A stretch of 63,152 bases of DNA, the filler included. It is 7 parts of 7 records of this genome, joined end to end, with 100 filler letters (N's around TTAATTAATTAA, not from the genome) between each part and the next. Parts side by side here need not be neighbours in the genome. Positions count along the whole stretch, not along the records: positions 1 to 9,283 come from DRR378314_906; positions 9,384 to 20,517 come from DRR378314_907; 5 more parts are not named here. One strand, 5' to 3'. Below are positions 1 through 12,828 of this stretch, piece after piece (the stretch's first letter is position 1; every line of letters starts with the position of its first letter). The position numbers and the translations under genes were made by a program. The notes under the pieces are model-generated. The model made no database searches. It was not told the origin of the DNA and saw only the letters and a program-made list of their open reading frames with translations.

Positions 1-1567
1 GCACATGTATGACACCGTCAAAGGCTCCGATTATATCGGTGACCAGGACGCGATTGAGTACATGTGTTCCGTCGGTCCCCAGGCAGTATTCGAGCTGGAG
101 CACATGGGGCTTCCGTTCTCCCGTACCGAGCAAGGCCGTATTTACCAGCGTCCGTTTGGCGGTCAGTCCAAAGGGCCGGATAACCCGGCTCAGGCTGCGC
201 GCACCTGCGCTGCTGCGGACCGTACCGGTCACGCACTGCTGCACACCCTCTATCAGGCTAACCTCAAGGGCGGAACCACCTTCCTGAACGAGTGGTACGC
301 GGTTGACCTGGTCAAGAACAGCAAGAACGAAGTGGTCGGTGTTGTCGCCATCGAAATCGAGACTGGCGAAGTGGCTTACATCAAGTCCAAGGCAACCGTG
401 CTTGCCACTGGTGGCGCAGGTCGCATCTACGCGTCAACGACAAACGCCCTGATCAACACCGGCGACGGTATTGGCATGGCGCTCCGTGCCGGTTTCCCGA
501 TGCAGGACATGGAGATGTGGCAGTTCCACCCCACGGGTATCCATGGTGCCGGTACACTGGTGACCGAGGGTTGCCGGGGCGAGGGTGGTTACCTCATCAA
601 TGCTGAGGGTGAGCGCTTCATGGAGCGTTACGCACCGAACGCCAAAGACCTGGCAGGTCGCGACGTCGTTGCCCGTTCCATGGTAATTGAGATCCTTGAA
701 GGCCGTGGTTGTGGCCCGGACAAGGATCACGTGCTGCTGAAGCTGGATCACCTTGGCGAAGAAACCCTGAACCTGCGCCTTCCGGGCATCTGCGAGCTGT
801 CTCGTACCTTCGCGCATGTGGACCCTGTCAAGGAGCCGGTGCCGGTTGTGCCGACCTGTCACTACATGATGGGCGGGATTCCGACCAACGTGGGTGGTCA
901 GGCCCTGACCCAGGATGAAAGCGGCAACGATATGCCCATTCCCGGTCTCTTTGCCTGTGGCGAAGCGGCCTGTGTGTCTGTCCACGGCGCCAACCGTCTT
1001 GGCGGTAACTCCTTGCTGGACCTGGTCGTCTTCGGCCGCGCTGCCGGCCTGCACATTGAAGAGCAGCTTCGTGGCGGCTTTGAGGTGGATGGCGCCAGTG
1101 AAGAAGACATCAAGAACGCCATGGCGCGCCTTGATCGCCTGAACAGCGCCTCGGAAGGTGAGAGCGTTGCCGAAGTGCGTAAGGATCTGCAGAACTGCAT
1201 GCAGCTTTACTTCGGTGTGTTCCGTGATGGCAAGAGCATGGAAGAAGGTCTTCAGAAGCTGGAAGCGATTGGTAAGCGCGTTCGCAACACCAAGCTCGCA
1301 GATACCAGCAATGCGTTCAATACGGCGCGTATCGAGGCCCTTGAGCTCGACAACCTGTATGAAGTTGCACTTGCAACGGCGGTTTCGGCCTACGAGCGCA
1401 AGGAAAGCCGCGGTGCCCATGCCCGTAATGACTTTACCGAGCGTGATGATGAAAACTGGCTGAAGCATTCGCTGTACTTCCCGCTGGACAAGCGTGTTGG
1501 AAAGCGTGATGTAAACTTCGCTCCGAAAACGGTGGATACATTCCAGCCGAAGATCCGGACTTACTAA
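1..1567 (+). CDS. sdhA: Succinate dehydrogenase flavoprotein subunit, 5'-truncated at the window edge
   Basis: The ORF starts mid-protein ([11 protein letters not shown]). It carries the SdhA motifs [36 protein letters not shown] and ESRGAH, and sdhB follows. Confidence 0.98.
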   Translation, partial: HMYDTVKGSDYIGDQDAIEYMCSVGPQAVFELEHMGLPFSRTEQGRIYQRPFGGQSKGPDNPAQAARTCAAADRTGHALLHTLYQANLKGGTTFLNEWYAVDLVKNSKNEVVGVVAIEIETGEVAYIKSKATVLATGGAGRIYASTTNALINTGDGIGMALRAGFPMQDMEMWQFHPTGIHGAGTLVTEGCRGEGGYLINAEGERFMERYAPNAKDLAGRDVVARSMVIEILEGRGCGPDKDHVLLKLDHLGEETLNLRLPGICELSRTFAHVDPVKEPVPVVPTCHYMMGGIPTNVGGQALTQDESGNDMPIPGLFACGEAACVSVHGANRLGGNSLLDLVVFGRAAGLHIEEQLRGGFEVDGASEEDIKNAMARLDRLNSASEGESVAEVRKDLQNCMQLYFGVFRDGKSMEEGLQKLEAIGKRVRNTKLADTSNAFNTARIEALELDNLYEVALATAVSAYERKESRGAHARNDFTERDDENWLKHSLYFPLDKRVGKRDVNFAPKTVDTFQPKIRTY

Positions 1568-1580
1568 GGGAGATTGAGCA

Positions 1581-2285
1581 ATGTTAGTAAGCCTGTACCG
1601 TTACAACCCGGAAACCGACAATGCGCCCTACATGCAGGACGTTGAGCTGGATATCCCGGAAGGAAAGGACCTGATGGTTCTGGACGTTCTGAACCTGGTC
1701 AAGGAGCAAGACCCCTCGATGGCGTATCGCCGCTCATGCCGTGAGGGTGTGTGCGGATCGGATGGCATGAACATGAACGGCAAGAACGGTCTTGCCTGTA
1801 TCACGCCGTTGTCTGAAGTGCTCAAGAACGACAAGCTGGTATTGCGCCCATTGCCTGGGCTGCCGGTGATTCGTGACCTGGTTGTGGACATGAGCCTGTT
1901 CTACAAGCAGTACGAGAAGGTCATGCCGTACCTGGTCAACGATAACCCGGCACCGGCCATTGAGCGTTACCAGTCGCCAGAAGACCGGGAGAAACTGGAC
2001 GGCCTGTACGAGTGTATTCTCTGTGCGTGCTGTTCCACAGCCTGTCCTTCCTTCTGGTGGAATCCGGACAAGTTCGTTGGCCCGGCAGGCCTGTTGCAGG
2101 CCTACCGGTTCCTGGCGGATAGCCGGGACACCGCGCAGGAGGAGCGTCTTGCCAATCTCGATGATCCGTTCAGCGTGTTCCGCTGCCGGGGCATCATGAA
2201 CTGTGTCAGCGTCTGTCCAAAAGGGCTTAACCCGACACGGGCGATTGGCCACATTCGTAACCTTCTGCTCCAGCGGGCAACGTAA
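1581..2285 (+). CDS. sdhB: Succinate dehydrogenase iron-sulfur subunit
   Basis: Fe-S cluster motifs CREGVCGSD, CILCACCSTACP and CRGIMNCVSVCP. RBS GGGAG upstream. Confidence 0.98.
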   Translation: MLVSLYRYNPETDNAPYMQDVELDIPEGKDLMVLDVLNLVKEQDPSMAYRRSCREGVCGSDGMNMNGKNGLACITPLSEVLKNDKLVLRPLPGLPVIRDLVVDMSLFYKQYEKVMPYLVNDNPAPAIERYQSPEDREKLDGLYECILCACCSTACPSFWWNPDKFVGPAGLLQAYRFLADSRDTAQEERLANLDDPFSVFRCRGIMNCVSVCPKGLNPTRAIGHIRNLLLQRAT

Positions 2286-2592
2286 GCAGAATCTGAAAGA
2301 AACGCTATACTGTGCTGACAAGGCTCGCACCCGGAAGGGCTCGCAACGACGCGGGCCCTTCAACCAAAGGCTTATAGTCAAAAGTCTTAGCAGGGTGCAC
2401 ACTACGCAGGCCGTTTTGGGAGCCTAAAAGGTTCCCTCCGGTTTGCTGAGTATAATAACCACCGGGGAACGGAAAACATCCTTGTTGGGTGTGGTGGCCA
2501 CAGTCGATCCCGTAAAAACCCGTATTGACTCAGATATACCCCTGGCCGACCATAGCCAGCTCCCCGCACCAGCCCAAGGTGAGCTATTCAAA

Positions 2593-5430
2593 ATGCACGA
2601 AAGCATAATGGAGCAGTTGTGGCAGACTTCCCACCTACAAGGAGGGAATCTCGCCTATGTTGAACAGCTTTTCGAAACCTACCTGACAGACCCCAATGCC
2701 GTTCCCGAAGAATGGCGAAGCTATTTCGATAAACTTCCCAGTGTCGATGGCTATAAAGGCCGTGACATAGATCATTCGTCCATCCGCCAGCAATTTGAGC
2801 ACATCTCCCGCAACCAGCGCTTCATCGCCACTAGCGGCGTTCCGGCCAGCGCAACCGTGGATGCGGACAAAAAGCAGATTCGTGTTCTCCAGTTGATCAA
2901 TGCTTTCCGTTTTCGTGGCCATCAGGAAGCAAAACTGGACCCGCTCGGTGTTTGGAATCGCCCCCAGGTTGAAGATCTCGACCCTTCATTTCACGAGCTT
3001 TCGGAAGCGGATTACGATCTGGAATTCCAGACTGGTTCACTGAATTTCGGCTCCGAAACGATGAAGCTGCGGGACATCGTCGGCGGCCTTCGACAGACGT
3101 ACTGTGAAAGCATCGGTGCCGAATACATGCACGTTGTGGACACCCGAATCAAACGCTGGTTCCAGCAACGTATGGAGCCGGTTCGCTCACGCCCCAATTA
3201 TGAGTCAGGCACCCGCAAGCATTTGCTGGAGCGGCTGACAGCGGCGGAAGGCCTTGAGAAATATCTGGGTTCCCGCTACCCGGGTGTTAAGCGCTTTGGT
3301 CTGGAAGGCGCCGAGAGCCTGATTCCGTGCCTGGATGAGCTTATCCAAAGGGCTGGTAGCTATGGCGCCAAAGAGATCGTGTTGGGTATGGCTCACCGTG
3401 GACGCCTGAACGTCCTGGTCAACACGCTGGGCAAAAACCCGAAGGAACTGTTTGATGAATTCGAGGGCAAGAAGCTCGCGGATTCCGGTTCCGGCGACGT
3501 CAAATACCACCAGGGTTTCTCCTCCAACGTGATGACCGAAGGTGGCGAAATCCACCTTGCGCTGGCATTTAACCCATCGCACCTGGAAATCGTGTCTCCC
3601 GTGGTTGTAGGCTCTGTACGTGCCCGTCAGACCCGGCGTAACGATCCCAATGGTACCCAGTGCGTGCCCATTATCATGCACGGTGACGCTGCGTTCGCCG
3701 GGCAGGGTGTGGTTATGGAAACCTTCCAGATGTCCCAGACCCGGGGCTATGGTGTTGGCGGTACGATTCACATCGTCATCAACAACCAGGTCGGTTTTAC
3801 CACGAGTAAGCAGGAAGACGCCCGTTCCACGGAATATTGCACCGACGTGGCCAAGATGGTCCAGGCCCCGATCCTGCACGTGAATGCCGACGATCCCGAG
3901 GCGGTCATGTTCGTGACCCAAATGGCCATGGATTACCGCCACGAGTTCAAGAACGACGTGGTGATTGACCTGGTTTGCTATCGCCGCCGGGGTCACAACG
4001 AAGCGGATGAGCCGGCCGCAACCCAGCCGGTGATGTACGAAAAGATCCGCAAGCTGACAACCACCCGCAACCTCTATGCGGAAAAGCTGGTTGCAGACGG
4101 TGTGATCACTGATGACGAAGCCAAACAGATCGAACTGGATTACCGGGACGAACTGGATAAGGGTGACCACGTGGTCAAATCCCTCGTCAAGGAGCCCAAC
4201 AAGGACCTGTACGTTGACTGGACGCCTTACCTCGGCCACGAGTGGACGGCCAAGTGCAAATCCAGTGTGGCTCTCAAGACGATCCAGAAACTGGGCAAAA
4301 AACTGACTCACGTGCCGGAAGGCTTCAGTGTGCAACGTCAGGTGTCCAAGATCGTCAGTGACCGGGAAAAAATGACGGCTGGTGCACTACCGATCAACTG
4401 GGGTTACGGGGAAGTGATGGCCTATGCCACGCTTCTGAACGAAGGGCATCCTATCCGCATTACTGGCCAGGATGTCGGCCGCGGCACCTTCTCGCATCGC
4501 CACGCGGTGCTGCACAATCAGAAGGACGGCTCCCACCATATTGCCCTTGAGCATATTGCCGAGAACCAGCCGAAGTTCGAAATCTACGATTCACTGCTCT
4601 CGGAAGAGGCGGTGATGGCATTCGAATATGGTTACTCCACCACAGCGCCTAGAGGCCTTGTGGTTTGGGAAGCCCAGTTTGGTGACTTCGCCAACGGTGC
4701 GCAGGTGGTTATCGATCAGTTCCTGACCAGTGGTGAGCACAAGTGGGGGCGCCTGTGCGGTCTTACTCTGTTGTTGCCGCACGGCTATGAAGGGCAAGGG
4801 CCGGAACACAGCTCCGCGAGGCTGGAGCGCTTCCTGCAGTTGTCCGCGGAGCACAACATTCAGGTCTGCGTGCCAACCACGCCGTCCCAGGTGTTCCATA
4901 TGTTGCGCCGTCAGGTTAAGCGCCCGTTGCGTAAGCCTCTGGTCGCGATTACGCCTAAGAGCCTGTTGCGTCACAAGGAAGCCACCTCGGATCTGGACGA
5001 TCTGACGTCTGGTACTTTCAAGACGGTGCTTCCGGAGAAAGAGCCTTCCGAGCCGAAAAAAGTCACTCGTCTGATCCTGTGCAGTGGCAAGGTGTATTTT
5101 GACCTGCTGGAGCGCAAAAAGGCGGACGAGCGCGAGGATGTTGCCATTGTTCGCATCGAACAGCTGTACCCGTTCCCGGGGGATGACCTGGATGAGCTCC
5201 TGAGCCAGTACAGCAAGCTCAAGCACGTGGTCTGGTGCCAGGAAGAGCCCATGAACCAGGGGGCCTGGTACTGCAGTCAGCATCACATGCGAAATGCGCT
5301 GCATCGCCACAACCCCAAGCTGTATCTTCAGTATGCCGGGCGAGATGCTTCCGCTGCTCCGGCCTGTGGCCACATGTCGGTTCACATTGAAGAGCAGAAA
5401 AAACTGGTTAACGACGCGTTTGAAATCTGA
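2593..5430 (+). CDS. sucA: 2-oxoglutarate dehydrogenase E1
   Basis: Motifs GMAHRGRLN, HGDAAFAGQG, WEAQFGDFANGAQ and LLLPHGYEGQGPEHSSARLERFLQ. I placed the start at ATG 2593 (MHESIMEQLW), not at the TTG at 2443. Confidence 0.97.
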   Translation: MHESIMEQLWQTSHLQGGNLAYVEQLFETYLTDPNAVPEEWRSYFDKLPSVDGYKGRDIDHSSIRQQFEHISRNQRFIATSGVPASATVDADKKQIRVLQLINAFRFRGHQEAKLDPLGVWNRPQVEDLDPSFHELSEADYDLEFQTGSLNFGSETMKLRDIVGGLRQTYCESIGAEYMHVVDTRIKRWFQQRMEPVRSRPNYESGTRKHLLERLTAAEGLEKYLGSRYPGVKRFGLEGAESLIPCLDELIQRAGSYGAKEIVLGMAHRGRLNVLVNTLGKNPKELFDEFEGKKLADSGSGDVKYHQGFSSNVMTEGGEIHLALAFNPSHLEIVSPVVVGSVRARQTRRNDPNGTQCVPIIMHGDAAFAGQGVVMETFQMSQTRGYGVGGTIHIVINNQVGFTTSKQEDARSTEYCTDVAKMVQAPILHVNADDPEAVMFVTQMAMDYRHEFKNDVVIDLVCYRRRGHNEADEPAATQPVMYEKIRKLTTTRNLYAEKLVADGVITDDEAKQIELDYRDELDKGDHVVKSLVKEPNKDLYVDWTPYLGHEWTAKCKSSVALKTIQKLGKKLTHVPEGFSVQRQVSKIVSDREKMTAGALPINWGYGEVMAYATLLNEGHPIRITGQDVGRGTFSHRHAVLHNQKDGSHHIALEHIAENQPKFEIYDSLLSEEAVMAFEYGYSTTAPRGLVVWEAQFGDFANGAQVVIDQFLTSGEHKWGRLCGLTLLLPHGYEGQGPEHSSARLERFLQLSAEHNIQVCVPTTPSQVFHMLRRQVKRPLRKPLVAITPKSLLRHKEATSDLDDLTSGTFKTVLPEKEPSEPKKVTRLILCSGKVYFDLLERKKADEREDVAIVRIEQLYPFPGDDLDELLSQYSKLKHVVWCQEEPMNQGAWYCSQHHMRNALHRHNPKLYLQYAGRDASAAPACGHMSVHIEEQKKLVNDAFEI

Positions 5431-5455
5431 CGAGCTACCGAACTAAGGATCCGAG

Positions 5456-6706
5456 ATGTCAACTGAAATAAAAGCCCCCGTATTCCCAGAGTCGGTCGCA
5501 GAGGGAACAGTCGCGACCTGGCACAAGCAGCCTGGCGAAGCCTGTTCGCGTGACGAATTGATTGTCGACATTGAAACCGACAAGGTTGTGCTCGAAGTGG
5601 TCGCTCCGGCGGATGGTGTTATTGAGGAAGTACTGAAGGGCGAAGGCGACACCGTGGAAAGCGGCGAAGTCGTGGGCAAATTCAAGGAAGGTGCGGCTGG
5701 TGAGTCCAAGCCTGCTGCCAAGGATGAAGGCAAGAAAGAGGACAGTAAGCCGGAAGAAGCGTCGGCCAAGTCTGCTGACGCGCCTGCCAAGGCCTCCGGT
5801 GAAGCCATACTCAGCCCCGCCGCCAGAAAGCTGGCAGAAGAGAACAGCATTGATCCGGACGCCGTTGAAGGTACCGGTAAAGACGGTCGCGTAACCAAAG
5901 AAGATGTTCAGAATCATATCGATGCTGGAAAGTCCTCAGGTTCTACTTCAGCCCCGGCATCGAAGCCGGCCGGCGATATGCCTCAGGTTGATGTGAGCTC
6001 TGGTGAGCGCCCGGAGAAGCGCGTTCCGATGACCCGTCTGCGTGCCAGCATCGCCAAACGACTGGTGAATGCCCAGCAGACGGCAGCCATGCTGACCACG
6101 TTCAACGAGGTGAACATGGGGCCGGTCATGGAGCTGCGCAAGCAGTACAAGGAAAGCTTCGAGAAGCGTCACGGGGTCAAGCTTGGCTTCATGTCCTTCT
6201 TCACCAAGGCAGCGACCGAAGCCCTGAAGCGCTTCCCGGCGGTGAACGCCTCCATCGACGGTAACGACATGGTTTACCATGGTTACCAGGATATCGGTAT
6301 CGCGGTTTCAAGCGACCGTGGCCTGGTTGTGCCCGTGGTACGTGACACCGACGCGCTTGGTCTGGCCGACATCGAGAAGAAGATCGTTGAGTACGGAACC
6401 AAGGCCAAAGATGGCAAGCTCGGTATTGAGGACATGACCGGTGGCACCTTTACCATCACCAACGGTGGTATCTTCGGGTCACTGATCTCCACGCCGATCC
6501 TCAACCCGCCACAGACGGCCATCCTGGGTATGCATAAAATCCAGGAACGTCCGATGGCTGTGAACGGCAAGGTCGAGATCCAGCCGATGATGTACCTGGC
6601 GCTTTCTTACGACCACCGCATGATTGATGGCAAGGAAGCAGTGCAGTTCCTGGTGGCTATCAAGGAAATGCTTGAGGACCCGGCGCGCATTCTGCTGGAC
6701 GTCTGA
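5456..6706 (+). CDS. sucB: Dihydrolipoamide succinyltransferase E2
   Basis: Lipoyl motif IETDKV, E3-binding domain (LSPAARKLA...[12 protein letters not shown]) and catalytic YDHRMIDG. Confidence 0.98.
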   Translation: MSTEIKAPVFPESVAEGTVATWHKQPGEACSRDELIVDIETDKVVLEVVAPADGVIEEVLKGEGDTVESGEVVGKFKEGAAGESKPAAKDEGKKEDSKPEEASAKSADAPAKASGEAILSPAARKLAEENSIDPDAVEGTGKDGRVTKEDVQNHIDAGKSSGSTSAPASKPAGDMPQVDVSSGERPEKRVPMTRLRASIAKRLVNAQQTAAMLTTFNEVNMGPVMELRKQYKESFEKRHGVKLGFMSFFTKAATEALKRFPAVNASIDGNDMVYHGYQDIGIAVSSDRGLVVPVVRDTDALGLADIEKKIVEYGTKAKDGKLGIEDMTGGTFTITNGGIFGSLISTPILNPPQTAILGMHKIQERPMAVNGKVEIQPMMYLALSYDHRMIDGKEAVQFLVAIKEMLEDPARILLDV

Positions 6707-6738
6707 GCTGACATTTAACGAATTGGATAACGGGATAA

Positions 6739-8181
<1,443 letters not shown>

Positions 8182-8356
8182 CGCGAGCCAGGAAGCAGGG
8201 GCGCCAATGACGGCGCCCCGCTGCTATAAAAACGGCTGGTTTCCGGTCGCGTTAAGGATGCGCTGAGGTGATCCCCGGCGCATCGAACCGAATTCGCGCA
8301 GCGCGGGTTCAATTTCCGTATGTGGTTATCCTCCATCAGAAAGCGGGACACTAACT

Positions 8357-9283
8357 ATGAATTTGCATGAATATCAGGGCAAACAGCTTTTCGCTGAATA
8401 TGGCCTGCCAGTATCCAAGGGCATTGCCTGCGATACCCCCAAAGACGCAGTGGCCGCTGCTGACGAAATTGGCGGCGACGCCTGGGTTGTGAAAGCTCAG
8501 GTCCACGCTGGTGGCCGCGGTAAAGCCGGCGGTGTAAAGCTGGTCAAGAGCAAGGACGAGATCCGTGCCTTCGCCGAGAACTGGCTTGGCAAGAACCTGG
8601 TGACCTACCAGACCGACGAAAACGGCCAGCCGGTCAGCAAGATTCTTGTTGAGTCCCTCACCGATATCGACCAGGAACTCTACCTGGGGGCGGTTGTTGA
8701 TCGTGGTACCCGTCGTATCGTGTTCATGGCCTCCACCGAAGGCGGTGTTGAAATCGAGAAGGTCGCCGAAGAAACTCCGGAGAAAATCCTGAAGGCCGAA
8801 GTCGACCCGCTGGTAGGCGCACAGCCATACCAGGGCCGCGAGCTGGCGTTCAAGCTGGGCCTGGAAGGCAAGCAGATTGGTCAGTTCACCAAGATTTTCC
8901 TGGGCCTGGCCAAGTTGTTTGAAGAGTGCGACCTGGCGCTGGTTGAGATCAACCCGCTGGTCATCACCCCGGCCGGCGACCTGCACTGCCTGGACGCCAA
9001 GATTGGTGTTGATGGTAACGCACTGTATCGTCAGAAGAAGATCCACGAAATGCACGATCCCTCCCAGGAAGATTCGCGGGAAGCGGAAGCGGCCAAGTGG
9101 GAGCTTAACTACGTGGCGCTGGATGGCAACATCGGCTGCATGGTAAACGGCGCTGGTCTGGCCATGGGCACCATGGATATCATCAAGCTGTCTGGCGGCC
9201 AACCTGCCAACTTCCTTGACGTTGGCGGCGGTGCTACCAAAGAGCGTGTTTCCGAAGCGTTCAAGATCATCCTGTCTGACGAC
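8357..9283 (+). CDS. sucC: Succinyl-CoA synthetase beta subunit, 3'-truncated at the contig end
   Basis: Motifs [35 protein letters not shown] and NFLDVGGGA. The ORF runs into the N linker. Confidence 0.98.
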
Positions 9284-9383
9284 NNNNNNNNNNNNNNNNN
9301 NNNNNNNNNNNNNNNNNNNNNNNNNNNTTAATTAATTAANNNNNNNNNNNNNNNNNNNNNNNNNNNNNNNNNNNNNNNNNNNN
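9284..9383. other. Artificial contig linker (N44-TTAATTAATTAA-N44)
   Basis: Exactly 100 nt, with a core giving stops in all six frames. Identical at six positions. Confidence 0.99.
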
Positions 9384-12300
9384 GAACACTCTGTTCATTC
9401 TTCGGATTCTCTTTCTGACCGGTCACATGGGAGTGTGGGGAGCGATTCTCTGGGCGATGGCTCTCCGTCTCGGCGCCGGTCGCGCGCGCGAGCCGCGCGC
9501 AGCGCAAGCGCTTCCTCCGAGTCGGGGCTCCGCTCGCTCATGGAATCGAGCGCACACCCAGTAGCGATTGCGGGAGATGATGCACTATCGCCACGCAACA
9601 ATCCGTCGACAGCGTTGCGGGAAGCGCTGTCGAATCTGGACGGTGTGGAAGATTGGGCAGCGCATGTTCGCGCCTTGGATGATATTCGAGCGCTCGCGCG
9701 ACACCATGCTGATGTGTTGCTTTCCGCCGTGCACGAATGCGCCCTCAAAGTGCTAGTGCTGGTGGATTCGCTTCGCAGCTCCACTTCACGAGCTGCAATC
9801 ATGTGTGTTGAGGAGCTTTTCCGATCGATGGGAGATGCTATGGACTCCGAAGTACAGTTTCTCGTTCCTTCGCTTCTAAAGAAGGCGGGGCTGGGCGCCG
9901 GGTTCCTGATCGAGTCTGCTGACAACGCACTCCTGGCAGCCGCCGTGCATGTCCCAGGCTCAAAACTACTCTCTGCTCTCGCAGCTGGCGCCTCCCATAG
10001 GAGCGCTCAAGTGCGATTTAAAGCAATCGTATTCCTTTCGAAAACGTGTGATACGCTGTGGTATCATCTCTCATCGCGCGATCTGGAAAAGGTAAGAGTG
10101 CGCTACAGCATGGGCAGACGCGCCAACACTCGAAGGAGATCTTCCAAGTGTCTTCATTCTCCCTCCATCAAGCTCTGCACAAGCGCTGGTTTCCGCATCC
10201 AATTTGCGACGTTGAGGATAAATTCTAAAAGCTTTGCTTTTGAAAGCGAAGTATCCTCCTGTATTGGGTATTAGTTTCAATGAACATACATCAGATATTC
10301 CATTGCACACTTTCGGTGTCGTTGAAGCAAAGGGGGAGTGCCAGTGCTGAGCAAGGGAATGCGGAACTGCGTTGTGAGCTACGCTGCATGACTCGAATGT
10401 GGGATTTCTTTGGGCTAAGTGAAGATAATTTACAGGGGAGCTGCGAGAGATGCCGTCAGTCAATACTTACGGAGGGGAATGCACATGGACAAAAGGATGC
10501 GAAGTCCGCGTGCTGCCTTGGTAGTTTGCTGCGGAGAGTCACGAGAATTGCGTTAGTGTTTTTGTCTTGTGGCGCGTAGCGAAGGGACGTGCAAACTGGG
10601 TTTTGACTCCTTGTGAAGGAGCGCATCAGTTTACTGTCAATAGTGACCGAGTAACGGGGTGCTGCTATTTCTTTATGCTCATGGGTGGCAAATGGATCAT
10701 GTAGGTACTACCACTGCTTGCTGCGCTTCTCTCCGATGGCAACGGCGGGACGCGTCACGCGGTGAAGAGACTTTTGTGTGCACTGGGGAGTAGGAAGGAT
10801 GAAAATTTCCAGCGCATTGCGCGTAAAGTGCTCTCAGAGCGCGCTTTTCGCGATATAAGCGATGTGATTGCTCATGGTGCAGCGGGAATACCGGATCCGG
10901 TAGAGACGCTGGGACGCGCACGGTCTGAGACTGCTCCCTCAGTACCGCGCTCCGCCCACTCGCGTCTGGAGCGCGCGGGTGGGGAAGAGCTCCCACGGAG
11001 GCGAGGAGGATTGGCCCGCACGCAGCGCGCTTACTCTGCAAGTGCAGCAGACCAGGCGGAGCTGCGCGGTCTCGCCAAGCTGGGAAGCGAAAGCGCAGGC
11101 GGTGCCGCCTCTGCGGTGCGCCCTGGGCGCCGAAGCAGCTCCGGTGCGCGTTCCCAGCTGCGCTTGTCCAGCGCACCCTCCGCGCGACCCGTTTCTGCCG
11201 AAGATACTGCCCGCGTGGAGAGCCTGCTGGCGAAGCTGGACTCTGATGACTGGAGTACGCGCCTTCAAGCCGTCACAGATTTATGCTCCGGAATTAGAAG
11301 CCGCTCTGTCGCGCTGGATGTGAGGTACGCACGCTTGCGAATATTCTGTTCGTTCGCCGTCGTCGTGTACAGCCCATGGCGGAATTGTGGCGAAAGAACA
11401 AAGAAAACAACAACAACCAAGGTTGTGCGGCTTGTGCGCATCCTTGCCCCGATTTCGTTCCACTGATGTGCGATTGTCGCGTAAGCTCGTACCGTGGGGA
11501 ATCTATGTGATGCAAGTGTTGTGCTGTGCAAACGTGCGTGTTGCGCTGCGTCTCGCAATCCGCGTGCACGCGTGAACCCCTCCTGTCCCATCATGCCGAC
11601 TGAGTAGTTTCTCATTCACAGGCACTCCTCATGGCGGCTGCTCTTCTCTCTACTACATATTCTTCTGTCCTTGCCGCGACGTCCACTGCTGATTGCAGGC
11701 GCAGCGCGCTAGTCGACTCCTTTGCCGCTCGGCTCAAAGACGTCAACGCCAAAGTGTCGTTGGCAGCGTTGCGGGAGGCTCGTGACGTTTTGGTCCCGCT
11801 GATGGTACGCTGCAGAGGTTTGGCTGGCGCCGTCGTGGCGCGCACCGTGATGAGATTCTTTTCGTGTCTCCCGTGACTGCTGCGAGCGTGCATTTGCGCT
11901 TTTACGAGATCGTTTGCGACACTAATTTGACATCGCTCCGGCACTGCGCGCTCCATGTATATACCAGGGAGACTCTGTTGTGGGGCTGGTGGAGGTCGTC
12001 AACACGCTCGCGAGTGTTCTTGCGTCCTCAAATGCTGCCATTCGGAGCGCTGCAGATGCTGCCTTGGACGAGGTGGCAGGTACGCCAACGTAGAATGGAA
12101 TAGGCGTGAATCAATGAATTATTGTAGGGAAAATAAACGTATACGGATAGGTATTACCGGCTTGCAAGGAGGTTGCTGGGCTATCGGCGTCTGCTTGGGG
12201 GCGCGATATCGGCATCGCCTCTTGCAGCTAAGCTGCGCATACAATTGAATGGTAGAACGGAAGTAAATCCTGCTTACGTGATCCCTACTGTACACAATTG

Positions 12301-12828
12301 CTTTCTTTTTTTTCAGATGGAATGGCTGGACAGGCACTTTTTCAGGCGCTGCTTCAAGCGGCTGTTCATGGACCGCAGCGGTCGCGCGCTGGCTTGCTAG
12401 CTGTCGGCTGCAAAGTCCTAACAGCAGCATTTGCGGCCAAGCCGCACGCTGCCGCAAAGCGCGTGGTCGCGGCAAGCGTTGCGCTCGCGAAGGAAGCGCG
12501 CGGCGAGCTTCGAAGCACGCTCACGGCACTTTTTCAGGTGCGGTTGTGCAGTCATCATAGTGCCAATACACATTGCGTGCGGAAAAGGAGGAAACGTCGC
12601 GGTTTGTCGAGCAGGTTTTCCTTTGCGTTGCGATATGCCGCGCGCGCTCTCCGTAGGATACGTGCGCGAGCTGTTGCCTAACGCATTCAGTGTGCTGTTT
12701 CTCGCAATCTGCTACAACGAACTCCCCTTTCGCAGGGCGCTCGGAATACAGACCATGCCGCAGTAGACGATGCTGTACGTGACCTCTCAGCGGCAAATCA
12801 GAAGCTGGTGCGAGCGCTCGCCAGCTAG
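9384..12828 (+). CDS. Eukaryotic TOG/HEAT-repeat microtubule-binding protein (TOGARAM/FAM179/Crescerin- or CLASP-like), spliced and 5'-truncated
   Basis: Phase-consistent GT-AG exons <9435-10091, 10705-11324, 11699-11804, 11968-12079, 12317-12537 and 12736-12828. They give two TOG-like domains: (EDWAAHVRAL...VDSLRSSTSRAA...LVPSLLKKAG) and (DDWSTRLQAV...FAARLKDVNAKVSLAAL). Confidence 0.8.

Noticed and set aside
2443-2592. 50-aa N-terminal extension of SucA from a TTG start
   Set aside because: Homology-like sequence begins at ATG 2593, and the upstream region looks like a structured UTR.
9283-9384. Horizontal transfer of bacterial operons into a eukaryote, or the reverse
   Set aside because: Bacterial and eukaryotic genes never share a contig. 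The adjacency is artificial.
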